Shown here: one piece after another, positions 49,645-62,895 of the stretch
Layout: the number at the start of each line of letters is the position of its first letter
How positions within the stretch are numbered: the first letter of the stretch is position 1
Assembly: GCA_021613535.1 (NCBI GenBank)
Contig: CP075493.1
Span: forward strand, 930,001-994,000
DNA length: 64,000 nucleotides
Direction: 5' to 3'
From: Adineta vaga
Taxonomy: Eukaryota; Animalia; Rotifera
Position numbers and translations under genes: made by a program
The notes under the pieces: generated by a model
What the model was told of the DNA's origin: nothing
The model's input: the letters and a program-made list of their open reading frames with translations, nothing else
The model's database searches: none

Positions 49645-51670
49645 TGTAAGAAGAAGATTGTGCATCAGACAAACAACAATATTGAACCTGCTAATAGGAA
49701 AGAAATAACAGTAAATGAAAAGGCAGTTGATCGTAACATTAATGTCCTGATACATGTTTGATTCGTCAATATTTATTTTGAAAAGACTTTTATTTTATTA
49801 ACTTTGAATATATTATATTGGGATAGTAGAGGAAGAGTTTCATTAACATTTATATTCAAGCTAACAAAGATTGTTTTAAATTGTTTTGTTTTCATTAGTT
49901 CGTCTTATTTTATCAAACCATATTTCGACACAAAATACAAGTATTTAAATCAATTTTTTATAATATTTGATTCATCACATATAATACACAGGTTAACCAC
50001 TGGCTAAATAGTATGAGAGAACGATGTATCAAATAATAAAATCAGATAGGATATGACTATGGGTTCATCAGTTCACAAATTAGAGAAAAAAGCGAGGACA
50101 AAGGTCATTGCTCGATGAATAGGTCATATAAATGTAGTGTAGCTGTATGAGTAAAGCGAGTATTCGCAGCTTACATCAACAGATGCTCTCAACTACCTGG
50201 CTGTTTTTTGTTTTCTTCTAATAGATATTCAGATCGAAACATATTCTTAAATTATATATTTTCATATTGCCTCATCTTGTGTAATTTTTTTAGTCGACTG
50301 CTTCATTCTTTCTTCATTCTAAATATATACGATACGCTATTTTGTTCTTTTTTGCTATTGTAGATGGCAAACAAACATTAGTTTATCACAAAATATATCT
50401 CCAACACGGGCTGGTTCTCCATATTTAGAACTAACGATCGATAAAGTATATAAAAATAATAATTTAATAAATCAATCGTTACACATTCTATCGCATATTC
50501 TGTTGAGTCAACATTCACTAGTAATCTTGAAATCAGTTGAAAAAGCTAATGATACGGAAAACGACATTACACAACATATTATTGAACAGATACAAATGAT
50601 GATAGTTCGATTATATTACACACAACGAAGAAGTTATAGTATATGATTGCATCAATATTCTTGGTCAAGCAGTGATATCAAAGAAAGCCAAGTTACGCTC
50701 AATAATAATAATGTGACATGAATTTGTACGTCACAAACTACAAAACCTAGGCAAGGGTAAAAGCACATTATTGGTGGTCGTGTGATTAGAATCAATGAAA
50801 CTATTTTTTCATTTATCAAGTTCAATGACGAAAAAATTAATGATGCTTGAGATTTATGCAGATTTTTATTGAATAATATTGACTATAACGATAAAAATTA
50901 GGATGCTTACTCCAGAAAAGAAAGCAACGATGTCAAACAACTATTCTTATTAAAAGATCAAGACAAAGATGTGGACATTTATCTCACGATTTCATGGGTA
51001 CGCAAATTTCGAAGACAACATATCATTTATCATTTATTCATCCAATTCTTGCTGCAATAACTCTAGTAAATATAAATATTATCTGATTTGGCTATCGGAA
51101 GACCGCAAGGTGAATCAAAAACGTTTATAATGAAACTAATGGATATATCAACAGATAGTGAAGAAAAAAATATGAGCATCACTGGATATTATTTCTTAGA
51201 AATAGAAATAGGTTATAATAAATATTATGCAGATGATCCTTATTATGAGGAGGAAACAGTTGAATTTGATGTGAAGTATGATGATAGAATGAAGAACAAG
51301 TGATTCCAACCTTGAAGATATATATTTTTTTGTCTTGATGTAAATAAAACTATGTAAATGCTGGTACTCATATGTAATCAATTATTAATATAACAAAAGT
51401 AGATATATATAAATATATGCTAAGCCTTCCAGTAAATCACTCGAAAATGCCCAAGAGGGAAAGTGTAAGTCATGGTTTCGACAGAAAGCAGTCATTTATG
51501 TAAGCTGATAAATTCAAATGATCAAATCAAATATGAAAGACAAAAGCTAGATTTACAAAGACTTTGATGAGAGAAGTAGAATAAAGTTATTTGCTTTCAT
51601 TTTCTTGGTCAAAATAATCATATACTTGCAGATATTATCCAAAGTACATACAGAAAGGACAATGCAGTAA

Positions 51671-54600
51671 TTAGTTATTAGGAGTAATTGAATTCGTTCG
51701 AAATCGATTCCACATCTTCAGCAGAAAGTTTACTAAAAGTGGAATAAAGACTCTTAAAACAATTCTTAGTCCTCCACATAAACCAAGAATTTTATAAACT
51801 GTATGAATCAAGGAGTCATTTGGAACAATTTCATAAGAACAAGAAACAGGAGCACATTGATTATAGTATGATGAATAGGAAATATTCGTTTGCCATTGCT
51901 CAATAAATAATTCATTTGCTATATTTTGAATGATTGTATTAGTCTGAAACCGAGTAGAATTTGATAAAGTAAGTGCTGAAATATTGATTGGTTTATTAAA
52001 CTGAGGTGACGATTGTGCAAGTTTATATAATAAACGTCGAAGACATGTTTGATCATATAAACATTCCATTGTTGAGTGTAATAATGTTTCGACAACTGAG
52101 CATCCAATATTCCATCCAGATATGTGAAATACTTGGGAACCGTTATTATTGTAAAGTCCTCCTGAACTGATACAATCACTTCGTGTTCCACATGAGCATG
52201 AATTCTTTGTGGTGATTGCGTAAGTAAGAACTCGATCAATGTTCTCATCTACACCTCTCTGCCAATACCAATTCAAACCATACGAGGACACAAAAGCATT
52301 TCCATGTAAAATTTCACGAAAAAGCTGAAAAATCTGGGAGAATTTTGTCACAATGCTCCTTTGAAACTGTAAAATAGTATCATTGATTTGAGTATCGAAT
52401 TTTGATTTAGGTAGTAGTTGAATACTAAAAAATGTTTCACTAAGAAATTGATCGTTTGCATGACCAACTATTTGTTGAGAAATGTTACATAATGTCGAAA
52501 GTAATGAGAAATAGAAACTACCACGGTCACGAATATCATTTCGATCATAAACATTCTCGTATCCTGTTCCGAATAAAAAATCTCGCCATTCGTCTTTAAC
52601 AAAACCACTAAAGCATATCGAATGAAATCTGGTTTTCATTTCAATAAAACCTCTATATTCGATGGCGATTTTCTCACAGAGGCATTGTAGCGACTGAGAA
52701 TAAAGCCCCAAAAGACGATTATAATCTCTATTCGAAGGATTTGCAAAGGATTCAGTTGTGATTCGTGTCGAAAATTGGGTATGCATCGTTATAATACAGA
52801 TACAAATTGAAAAGATTAACAAATAAACTCTGGTAGAGAGTTGTTGACCACGAACGATTTCAGCATCATTTGAACCATTATCAAATACATTGAACATCTG
52901 AATCTTCTTCATGAGTCGAGTTTGTAGACTGGTTTCAGTAGTATGTATGCCATTAGTTACTAAGCAATGAATATCATTTTTAGTGAATCTTTTAAAATTA
53001 TAATTAATCAAAACTCACGTTGATTCTCTTGTTGTACACTGGAGTTATTCGGTCGTCTATTTCGCTTGAATCTATCGATAATCATGAAAGCGACTTTAAT
53101 AAGAATTGGAGAAATCAACTTCAAAACAGTATTAATTCCACCAATAAGACCTATAATGATCGTGCACAAGTAGATTATATTTGTTTTCTGTCCGTCAGTA
53201 AATGAACAAAACGGTGGTTGACATTGATGATAAAATTTGTCAAAGGAATACGAGACGATCCATTGTTCAATCATCATTTCATCAAAAATTTGTTCGATTG
53301 ATGTGTTCATATGATATACACTAGATAATGTTGAATCTAATGCAGTTGGTGAATGAGGCATTGAAATGCCGAAACTACTAAGAAGTATTTTTAAGTGTCC
53401 TAAACATTCTTTTTGAAACCAACACGACAATGATGATTTTAACGTAGTACTCGTTACTGAACAACCTCCACGTATTCCTTGTAGTTGTCCATTGAAATTA
53501 TGTATATCTTCCGGATGCTGCTCTATAACGTAATTTATATCGCATGTAGAATTCAGAATACAATAGCATTTAATACCATTCGGATAGATAGTATGTGTTG
53601 GCAATATAACTGTTTTTATGTAGCGCATTTCAGTTCCACCATCGTAGTAATATTTCGTATAAAGATAAGTACTTGTTCTCGTATAACTTAAATATTGGTT
53701 ACTATGAATAAGTGCCAAAGTAAAAGCCATTCGAGATCGAAATTCACTTTTAGTTGATTGAATAAATGTATTGATTGTTGAATTGATTTGCAAATCAAAT
53801 AGTCGGTTGGAGATGAGTTGTGTATGAAGAAATGTTCTTGAAAGAAATCGTTGAATGACGTCAGTAAGTGTCAAATTTGTGATGTGACAAAACGTTCTCA
53901 ACGTTTGAAAATACGATGAAGCAATGGATAAAAAGTCAAGTTTCTCGTTAGAAGTGTTAGGAATAAAGAAGTATTGATACCATGATGATTGAATAAAATC
54001 ACTTGAACAAATTTGATGATATTTTACTTGAATATCGATGATATCGCGATACGAAGATGATATTTTAGTACATGGACATACTAACTTGGAAGAAACGTTT
54101 TTCTCAAGATTTTCGTATTCTTCCTTCGAAAGGTTGGTGTATCTCTTGTTTTCAATATGATTCGATAAATCAGAAAATAGAATAATCATCCATATGAAAA
54201 TAATCAATAAAAAAATGTATAATCGTGTAGCAAGAACACCTCGACGGTAACGTTGATGATCTTGAGACCATTGTGTATACAAATTCAGACTAGTCATCCT
54301 ACTTTGTTTTTGAATCAGAGAATTTTTAAGACGAACACTTAGTGTAACATCTAAACGGATCAAACAATGAGTCTATAGTAACCTCACTAAGATTATATAG
54401 AAGTTTTCAATAAAACAGATTAAATCCGTTTTGAACGCTGGACAAAACTTACGTGGATATTGCTTGTCTTGTACTCTCTTTGAAAAGAATCGTTTTTTTA
54501 AATAGAAAATCATTTTGATAATTAATGGAGTTGTAATATGTAAGATAGCGGCTATTCCTCCGATAAAACCCATAAAAATGATTGACACAGAAATTCCATT

Positions 54601-55764
54601 AAATCGATGGAAAAAAAGATAATTGCAAAGATTTGGCGAACACTGCTGATAATAATCGTTGTAATTAATTTCATTGCGCATTTCTTCAAGAAAAAGTTCG
54701 TTGACAAGTTGCTCGATTTTTGTCGAAGAAAGAAAACGAGTTGGAAGTGTTGGATCAAGAATACTAATATTTATTTTTGTTGAATAAGCTGCAAGAAGAA
54801 TATTAAAACATGACTGGTTATAAAAACATTCTAATGATGATGAAAATGTTGCTTGAATAGGTAAACAATCAACAACTAGACCAGATAAACTTGCATTAGC
54901 TTTGATTTGATTCAAATCATAAGTCTGTAATCTTTTCACTGCATTGGGCAAATAAATATTGGCAGGTAATGGACATGAATCATTTGTTTTACATGAACAA
55001 ACTATTTCAGAGTTTGGGGATATATAAATGTTGGTATAAATATTGGTTTCTCTAAGATTATTATGTTCGTTGACGAACAACTTATTTCGTTCAAGAATAA
55101 CAATATAATTTGTTAATAATCCTGATAATAATTGATTTGCTCGTGTCATTTGATAGACAAATATAGTCGATTGAAGAATATTTGATGCCACACTATGACG
55201 TAAGAGATCGAGAGTAGATTGAACTCTTGCTTTAAGAACTGGTTCAGTCAATAACATTGTATCAATTAATAAAGAATTGTAAAATTGAAAGAGTGTTTCT
55301 TCTGTAACATTGTTTGAACTACGACAAAATGTTCGAATCAATTGCCATATGGCACTCAAACTCGTTCGTATATCGATAGGCAATATCGATGAACGATCAA
55401 TATCAAATACAAAATCAATCCACTTTTGACCAATCAAATTATTCGAACATACTTGATGAAATCGTGCACTTACTCGAGTAAATTTATTGTAGGCAATCGA
55501 TTGTTTTCGGCAAAAACATTGTAAACTAGCAGCATATTTCTCTTGAAGATTTTCGTACTCAGTTCGGTTTCGTATAACAACAGTTTTTCTCTCAGTTTGT
55601 TTCTGATTTGAGCTGTATGTTATTAGAATAATTAAAAAAATCACCAGGAGTACAATGTACAAACGAGTTGATGAAATCTGTTGACGAATAACCAAGGGAT
55701 CAGATGATCCAGAATGAAAAATATTCCACACGAACAGTTTATCACATAATAATCTTATACGCAT
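51671..55764 (-). CDS. Single gene of about 1310 aa with three tandem ~430-aa modules, each TM + Cys-rich ectodomain + TM; exons 55764-54453, 54350-53019, 52959-51671
   Basis: Three homologous ORFs (STRLYI/ATRLYI/STRVYL, L.C.C, FHQ.CS, CSC...C, GC....S.L.C, YY..C.P..C.Y, G..GG) joined by phase-1 introns of 102 and 59 nt. Summed exon length 3933 nt is in frame. Confidence 0.85.
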
Positions 55765-56874
55765 ATTGAAATATTTCTCGTTAGAATTTTCTAGGTCGAG
55801 TGAAAAAGAATAAAAAATTTCTATATTGATAAACGCTTGATTTATACTCTCTTTGTCTACGTAGCGAAGTTAATGCGAATTGTTTCTTCAAATATTGGCA
55901 ACGCATAACATCTGTCTTCTTTTTAAAAACGTTTTTCAAAATCAAACGACGACATTTGTAATCTGCCTCTCATTATAAATACAAGAAGTCATAACTATTC
56001 ATGATAAATCTTTTTAGTTAAAACGTAGGAACAAATTGTTTTATTCTTTATCGAACATATGCGTTAGCAAATAATCAGTATTTCAGACGTCAGTATTCTG
56101 TTTCCTGAGAGAGAAAATAATCTATCCGAAACAATACTTATTTTGCAGAGGTGTAAATCGAGTATAGATAACAAAACATTCTGAACAACATCAGATACTT
56201 TCATTAATTCTTCACAAGAATTTTTTTATCATTTAAATCTAATTTATGATACTGATATTTCTAAGTATTCTGCTATAGTGATAACTATTTGCCTATCATC
56301 AAATCAGACCACACACTGTTATTCGGACTGAATACGATGATTATTGTCGACAAATAGATTAGAACCACAATCGTTGTACTTTTTTTGCACGTCTTCATCA
56401 TGATTAAAAAAACCGCTATGCCATCTGTAAGGCTAGAATAGATTGAGAAGAAACTCTAGACTAGAAGTTTAGTATCTTTTTCAATTAAAAATAGATTCTA
56501 TTCGTCTTATACTTAAAATCTTGTCTTATACCCTGTAGAATGGATCTCGATTTTGTCTTCACCTCTAATCGAAGTCGAGGCATTGGAATATAATTTTAGT
56601 TTTTCTAGTATTACTTGTTGTATTTTAATACTCGAAATACGAGTAATATAGAACTAAAATTTAACCAACAAGATACTTTGATCTTCTTTACGAATATTTT
56701 CTATAAATCACAAATGTAATTCAAATTCTTCGTATAATTTATATATCAATAACTATTTTTTCAAATATTTTCATCAGTAATATTCAAGATAGAAAATTGA
56801 TGATAGATATTCATGTTTGTACACTCAATTTTCGGTATAGTATTTTGAATAAAATTTTATTGTCAATACAATTG

Positions 56875-57010
56875 TACAATCGTTTTGATCAAGTTGTAAT
56901 CTTCGGTGATTCATTATCCGATACCAATAATTTATTTAAATTAACAAATAAAACATACCTATTTGTTCCTCGGCATTATCAAGGTCGTTTCTGTGATGGT
57001 GCAACAGTAG
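56875..57010 (+). pseudogene. SGNH/GDSL lipase N-terminal remnant
   Basis: VVIFGDSLSDTNNLFKLT...YQGRFCDG (block I plus GRF motif); the rest of the domain is absent. Confidence 0.7.
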
Positions 57011-57329
57011 ATAATGATTTTATTCAAAGTTCAATGATTTTTAATACAATTGACTACTTCTACAGTTGTAAGAAATTGTCAAGATCCAACAAAATATGTT
57101 TTTATTTATCATCATCATTTAACAAGTACAATGCATTAATTCTTCTAATCTTATAACACTTTCTATGTTGTTAGTTTTTAAACAGAATAAGAAAATCGAT
57201 AATTCTTTATAACATAGAATAAAAAATCTATATCTCTTTCTTATTTTTGCTTATTAAAGTGTATTGAGAAGAAAAATATGTTTTATAAATAGTACAATAT
57301 AAGAAGTAAAGAAACGAGATTCTTTGCTT

Positions 57330-57810
57330 ATGGTCTTATGGTGTATTGTGGATTTTTCATCTTCATTGTTTATGTGGGGTAGTTTAGTACTTGAAGTTGT
57401 TCTTTGTCATAAATACGTCAAGTTTAGTTCGATTGAACGACGAATTTCACTATTTCTATTTATTCTTGGGCTCGGTGGTTTGATTAGCAATATTATATTT
57501 TTGTTTTTGAGATTATGTAATAATCATAATACGATTAAAACTATTCGAATTCAAATAATTTTGATTGTATTAATTTGTATAATTGCAATTGCTCTTATAA
57601 TCTGGATGATTCTCGGTAGTATTTAGACATTCAGTGTTTACAAATGTGTCAATTATTCTGCTACGATAGACAATTCGGATTACTATGATAAAACACTATC
57701 GATTTACAATCGCACTACTTGTTTCCAATTTTATATTATTAGTAACACAAAATCCTTTTATTATTGGATTGTATCGAAGAGCAAAAGTTGTGCTGGATTT
57801 TGAATTAACA
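57330..57810 (+). pseudogene. Decayed multi-TM gene, probably related to the 48908 family
   Basis: Hydrophobic segments and IWMILGSI*TF (cf. IWFFIGHIWIF) with an in-frame stop at the W position. Confidence 0.45.
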
Positions 57811-58253
57811 TGATATTATGAGAGGAACACTGATACTTAGTGATTGCGTTAGCTTTTGTATTTGTCTGACAACAATTAAACGTTTTTACTCGATAGTCGA
57901 ACTTTTCGTAGTGCAGTTGAACATGATTAACGCTGTCTATTAGCATATTATTAACTGATCAATAATCGATAAGATGCTTCTGAATCAAAACAGAAGATAC
58001 ATAAATATTGGCTACAAATCAGAACGAAACGAAGAATGTGTTGACACAAAACAGCAAATGTTTATGCATGCAACTACTAATCGAATTTTTGTTGATAATA
58101 CTTTCGTCAATAGAGATGATAGACAAACGCGATCATATATTCTTTGAACTCTGAAATCAAGTGCTCCAAGGTAAAGATACCTGATAAATTGGTTATATTT
58201 CGTTTCCTAATACATAATATTCCTCAAGTGTCTGACGGTAAGCCATACCTGTA

Positions 58254-58475
58254 CTATTTTCCACAAGAACAACAAATGAAGATACAGGCAGGACCACAAA
58301 TACAACCACCGATAGCTGGACAACAGGAACTAGTTATCGATCGACGTTTTTGCATGATATGTTTGAAAATTTCATTGCTACTCCCATGTTGTACCTTTTT
58401 TGTTTGCGTTATACAAAGTGTTGATATGAAAATCAGCAGAACAACGAAATAAACTATTTCACTAATCTTTTTCAT
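58254..58475 (-). CDS. Secreted cysteine-rich prepropeptide (8-Cys mature peptide)
   Basis: Signal peptide, short pro-region, KRR convertase site, mature SITSSCCPAIGGCICGPACIFICCSC, C-terminal GK amidation signal. Confidence 0.75.
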   Translation of the reverse strand: MKKISEIVYFVVLLIFISTLCITQTKKVQHGSSNEIFKHIMQKRRSITSSCCPAIGGCICGPACIFICCSCGK

Positions 58476-58656
58476 TTTCTGATACGTTGGGAAGAGAATA
58501 AACTATGCATATACCACATTTGTGCTGCAACTTTATATCAGTAGTGTCGAACTTGAAATTTGAATTCAATTGAAAACTATCGTTTCAATTGAAACTGTTC
58601 AATTCAAGTTTCAAATAAAATTATCTGTACAGTCTTAACCCAAACCCACACCCACA

Positions 58657-58762
58657 TCCTCAACTAGCTGTTACCCCACCGCACCCTCCGCACACCCTCA
58701 ACTAACTGTCACCCCGCCGCAACCTCCGCACACCCTCAACTAGCTCTTACCCTACCGCACAG
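58657..58762. repeat. C-rich ~38-bp tandem repeat, about 2.7 copies
   Basis: CCTCAACTA(G/A)CT...ACCC..CCGCA.CCTCCGCACAC repeated. Confidence 0.8.
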
Positions 58763-59163
58763 AGGCCAGATTGTTCTGGCTAATTACTCATAATCTTCTT
58801 ACTTACCATCAATCAAATGACTATAACTCACATGGATCTGTTGATGAGAATGTATTACGTTTTATTAAAAATCCTGTTCAACTTTATAAGAATAAGAAAA
58901 CCTGCTCACCACAGGATTGTGCAACACGTGAACGTACTAAAATAAATACTAATTTAGCTATGGAGTAAGTAGTTATCGTCTTTGTCGCAGTTGTTCCAGA
59001 ATGAGCTGTTGGAGTAATGAAGTTATTTAACTTTACCTGTCAAATCAGCAACAACCACTGCAGGCTTTGAGTATTTTGTGGAGTGAGTCCGTGAGAAAAC
59101 CTTCCAAACTGATCTTACGCGCTGAACTGAATAGTTTAAGATTTTCTCAGAGACAGCTAGAGT

Positions 59164-59443
59164 TATGATAATTCCGAGGACACCAATCGATAGAACTCGT
59201 CGAGCTGCATCTGGAACGCTAGTTGGAATTGTTGGAACGCTTACCTGAACGAATATGGGAAGGTTTTACTACGCTGGTACTGCAATTACCATAGAAAAAT
59301 TCGATACTTTCGGTTTTCCGAAGACCTGTCTGAGGCTATGATAATTCTGAAGATACCGATCGATAGAACTCGTCGAGCTGCATCTGGAACGCTAGTTGGA
59401 ATTGTTGGAACGCTTACCTGAACGAATATGGGATGGTTTTACT
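59164..59443. repeat. 107-bp direct repeat (59164-59270 and 59337-59443), likely internal to a non-autonomous TE
   Basis: Near-identical copies 173 bp apart (GATAGAACTCGTCGAGCTGCATCTGGAACGCTAGTTGG...). Confidence 0.85.
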
Positions 59444-60289
59444 CGAATATGGTGCCAACTTCACCTACGTGTCGATATCTTTTCTTTTCTCTGTATTCTA
59501 TCCGATCGGTCGTTATTCATTTAAACAAGTCTCTTCATATTTCTCTGTGTTTTTGATTAAACTCATTCATTTGAACACATAATATCCCTAACGACAACCT
59601 ATATGTTCATCGCATATCAATTATACCTATACTTTCTTTACATTAATTGCTAAAGATTGCCAGAGAAATGCCACAACATCTATCCTTTGAATTCGATCTA
59701 AATAATAACTCAAATATTTTGACAGCTTGTACCAAAATGTAACAAAGCTACGATACAAACAGTTGCCATATGATGCTTTAAATAGTTTATTTTAGAAAAA
59801 ATTCTACATTTCTAATCTATCACATGAAAATTATAGAACATATGGCATATACAATTATTTAAATGTACAAATTTACACTGAAACTCACTTTTAAGGATTT
59901 TCGTAACTTACAGTTGTCTAAAATCTTCATTTACAAAAGATTACAGCAATGAAAATACTATGCTGTAATTCATACGGAAACATTTCGCATGTATTCCAAG
60001 TATCAAAGTGAATATTAGCAAGGATTACTGAGTAAAACCACCCACTTTCACAGTATTTTGGGTGAAAACCCTGGTTTTCGGTGACTGATCCCCTCTCAAC
60101 CGGTATCATTGGATGCAGAATGATGAACTCTATCCATCCCAGAAGTATGAGACCTATCCCAAGTACCTAAGCGAATGTCGGCAGGAAATACTCGAATCTG
60201 CGGCTAACTTCCATCACGTCATGAAACATTGAGTTTTCTGGGAGGGAAAGATCAAAATAGCTCTCAGATAAATAATTGAACGAAAATTA

Positions 60290-60595
60290 GCATCGGATTC
60301 GAGATCCTCAACCCTGAGTACCCTTCCGTGAACCCTTACATGGTAGTATAATAACTTATAATTAGTTAATTAGTTAATTCATTAATCAGAATTTCCAAAA
60401 ACTAACATCAGATTCGAGATCCTCGACCTCGATTACCTTCGGTGGATCATTTCCAGATCGCCATCATTAAGTTTTTAGTAGTCAATAAAATGCTGCAATC
60501 TGATTGGCTTGGACAACCGCTCAAACGCACAAACTTTTAGCATTTTATTGACCGTGATTTTTACGCTATAACCCTTTCTTTCAGAAAAGGGAACA
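60290..60595. mobile_element. Probable Helitron/Helentron-like non-autonomous element end
   Basis: GATTCGAGATCCTC occurs twice (near 60296 and 60411); terminal hairpin CCCTTTCT-TTC-AGAAAAGGG near 60572-60591. Confidence 0.4.
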
Positions 60596-60757
60596 AATCA
60601 TTCACATCGATATTCTAAAAAGTTCGTCATTATTTTAAGTAAGTCAGGGAGTAAGATCATAGCAAATTTGTTTTAATTTCCTAATAGGAAATTGAAAACT
60701 ATTGTAATTGTATATGAACTGTTCTTATTTAAAAAATATCCTTTTTAGATACTCAAA

Positions 60758-61627
60758 ATGAGTATAAGGCAAAGCAATGAAACATTAATGTGTGCTGAAC
60801 CCAGGGACGATGGTATATATTATTATGCTTCCTTCGATGATAAACCTTTTGCAAATGGTGCTTGTCGCTACGCTTATAAGGGAACCTTAAAGTGCAACCC
60901 AGATAAGTGTAATATAGGGCGATATAATGATTCCTTAGTTGTTGTGAAAGTATTCAAAACGCAATATGCAAAAGATTATGGAGCTTGGAATGCCGATATA
61001 TCAGCAAGTAAAACAGCAAATGAATATGCAACTTTATTTAATTCAGAAAAATTCATTGACAGAAGATTGTATTTTCCAATTCCATACGTGGCAAAAATGG
61101 ATAAAAGAGCAGGATTTTGGTTTTTAGGATTTATTGGTATGGAGTACGACATGATAACTAATCCAGTTTTTTCATATGAATATGTATCGATGGAAGAATA
61201 CATAGACGGGAATTACATTAAATTCAACAGTAATAATGGCTACGTAAGTAATGCTGTAAATTCATCGACTATACCGGCATTTTCACACCGGACATTTCAT
61301 AAGAGTAATGGAGCATTGCTGGTCTGTGATATCCAAGGAGTGGTGAAAGATGGAAATTACCGACTCACTGATCCAGCTATACATTCCCACGTAGCAAACA
61401 CATACGGTTTAACTGATTTAGGTGTCGTAGGACAAGCAAAGTTTTACAGTACCCATCAATGTAATCATATATGTCTCTCTTGGAAAAAATTGAAATTAAC
61501 GACAGAAGTTATTCAGGAAATTTCCAAAATAGAACTTAGTGATCATACCACCTTTTCATTTCAACTTCCTTCTAATATTAAAACAAACAAAAATCAATTT
61601 AGACATTTATCAACTATTCGAGAATAA
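60758..61627 (+). CDS. Stand-alone alpha-kinase (eEF2K/MHCK family), intronless
   Basis: PFANGACRYAYKG, VVKVFK, MEEYIDG.YIKFNSNNG, AFSH.TF, LVCDIQGV, LTDPAIHS, TDLG..G...F...HQCNHIC (Zn site). Confidence 0.92.
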   Translation: MSIRQSNETLMCAEPRDDGIYYYASFDDKPFANGACRYAYKGTLKCNPDKCNIGRYNDSLVVVKVFKTQYAKDYGAWNADISASKTANEYATLFNSEKFIDRRLYFPIPYVAKMDKRAGFWFLGFIGMEYDMITNPVFSYEYVSMEEYIDGNYIKFNSNNGYVSNAVNSSTIPAFSHRTFHKSNGALLVCDIQGVVKDGNYRLTDPAIHSHVANTYGLTDLGVVGQAKFYSTHQCNHICLSWKKLKLTTEVIQEISKIELSDHTTFSFQLPSNIKTNKNQFRHLSTIRE

Positions 61628-61932
61628 TTAAATATCTTGAGACGCCGTGAAACGAACAGAAGTAACGCGATGTTTCTGTTTTATTTTCTGTATCTTGTAA
61701 TTTGTTTGTACAATTTATCATTAAACTTGAGCTTTTCTCTAATATATTTAATAGTTGTTCTTCTTTTCAATCGGTGCTCGTTTTTTTAAATTATGAAATA
61801 AATAAAGAGAAGAAAATCTCTTCTTTTTTAACCAACAGAGTGAATTATATACTTTTAAATATTTTATTCATCCATTGATAAGAATTTCTCGAAAATACAT
61901 AAAGAAATTGATTTCAATAGAAGAAACTAAAT

Positions 61933-62895
61933 CTATTTCGCAGTTCTCTCTCTAATTGTTTGTAATCGATAATCTTTTTGTGGTTGAACAATATGATTTC
62001 GTCGTCGTCGAAATTCTGAATTAGAAAAAAGAACAACAAATGGATAAAATAAATGAATAAAGTAAGGTAAACTATAAAAATAATCAACAATAAATTGAGG
62101 TGAAATTCCACCAAGATAAAAATTAATATAAATAGCTGCAGTTTGTAATGGTGCCCAACCAAAAACATAAAGTAATGTTATACTTAATAATTGAAGAAGC
62201 ATTTTTCTATCTCGTTTCCAACGAAATAAATTAATTTGTACACGATGTTTTTGAAAAAGAAAACGAACAAATAAAATTCCACTTAATATTGGAATAGAAA
62301 ATATTGGAATACAATTATTTATTATTGTATCAAGATTTCCAGTTAAAATATTAAAGAAATAACATGGAGCTAAACAAAGTAATTGATTATAATCATATGC
62401 TGATTGACATGGATAAAAAAAGATTAAAAACAAATAAAATAACCAAGGATAAATTAAACAAATCAATATTGGAATATAATGATACAAATATTGATCTTTT
62501 CTTCTTTGCATTAGATTTAAACGAAAAATAAGCCAATGACGTTCGGCACAAGCAAATCCCATTAAAATTAAATTACTTATATTAATACTATAATGTATCC
62601 ATGTCCAAAATGAACAATAAACATCACTTTCAAATTGAACATGTGATCGATAGAAAAATGCTTCACTTGCTGAAAGGGGAATTAGAACAAAAAGAAAACT
62701 ACTACAAAGTAAAACAATAATAATATCATTATGAATAGATTGACGAAGATTTTCATGACTTAAATATTGAATAAATAAATATAATGAACAAATTATTGAA
62801 GGAATTTGTAAACTAAGAAAAATACCGAATTTAATTTGATTTAATAATCGAGGTGAATTCAATGTGAGATCAAGATCAGAATTATTCAATGACAT
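61933..62895 (-). CDS. Class A (rhodopsin-like) GPCR, intronless
   Basis: Seven TM segments; TM3 Cys, CAERHWLIF, TM6 GWAP, TM7 YPFV. Confidence 0.88.
   Translation of the reverse strand: MSLNNSDLDLTLNSPRLLNQIKFGIFLSLQIPSIICSLYLFIQYLSHENLRQSIHNDIIIVLLCSSFLFVLIPLSASEAFFYRSHVQFESDVYCSFWTWIHYSINISNLILMGFACAERHWLIFRLNLMQRRKDQYLYHYIPILICLIYPWLFYLFLIFFYPCQSAYDYNQLLCLAPCYFFNILTGNLDTIINNCIPIFSIPILSGILFVRFLFQKHRVQINLFRWKRDRKMLLQLLSITLLYVFGWAPLQTAAIYINFYLGGISPQFIVDYFYSLPYFIHLFYPFVVLFSNSEFRRRRNHIVQPQKDYRLQTIRERTAK

Noticed and set aside
50380-51303. Possible decayed coding sequence
   Set aside because: Fragmentary frames with no recognisable motifs.
51671-55764. Operon of three separate genes
   Set aside because: Compatible phase-1 splice sites join all three in frame, and ORFs 2 and 3 start at TTG inside introns.
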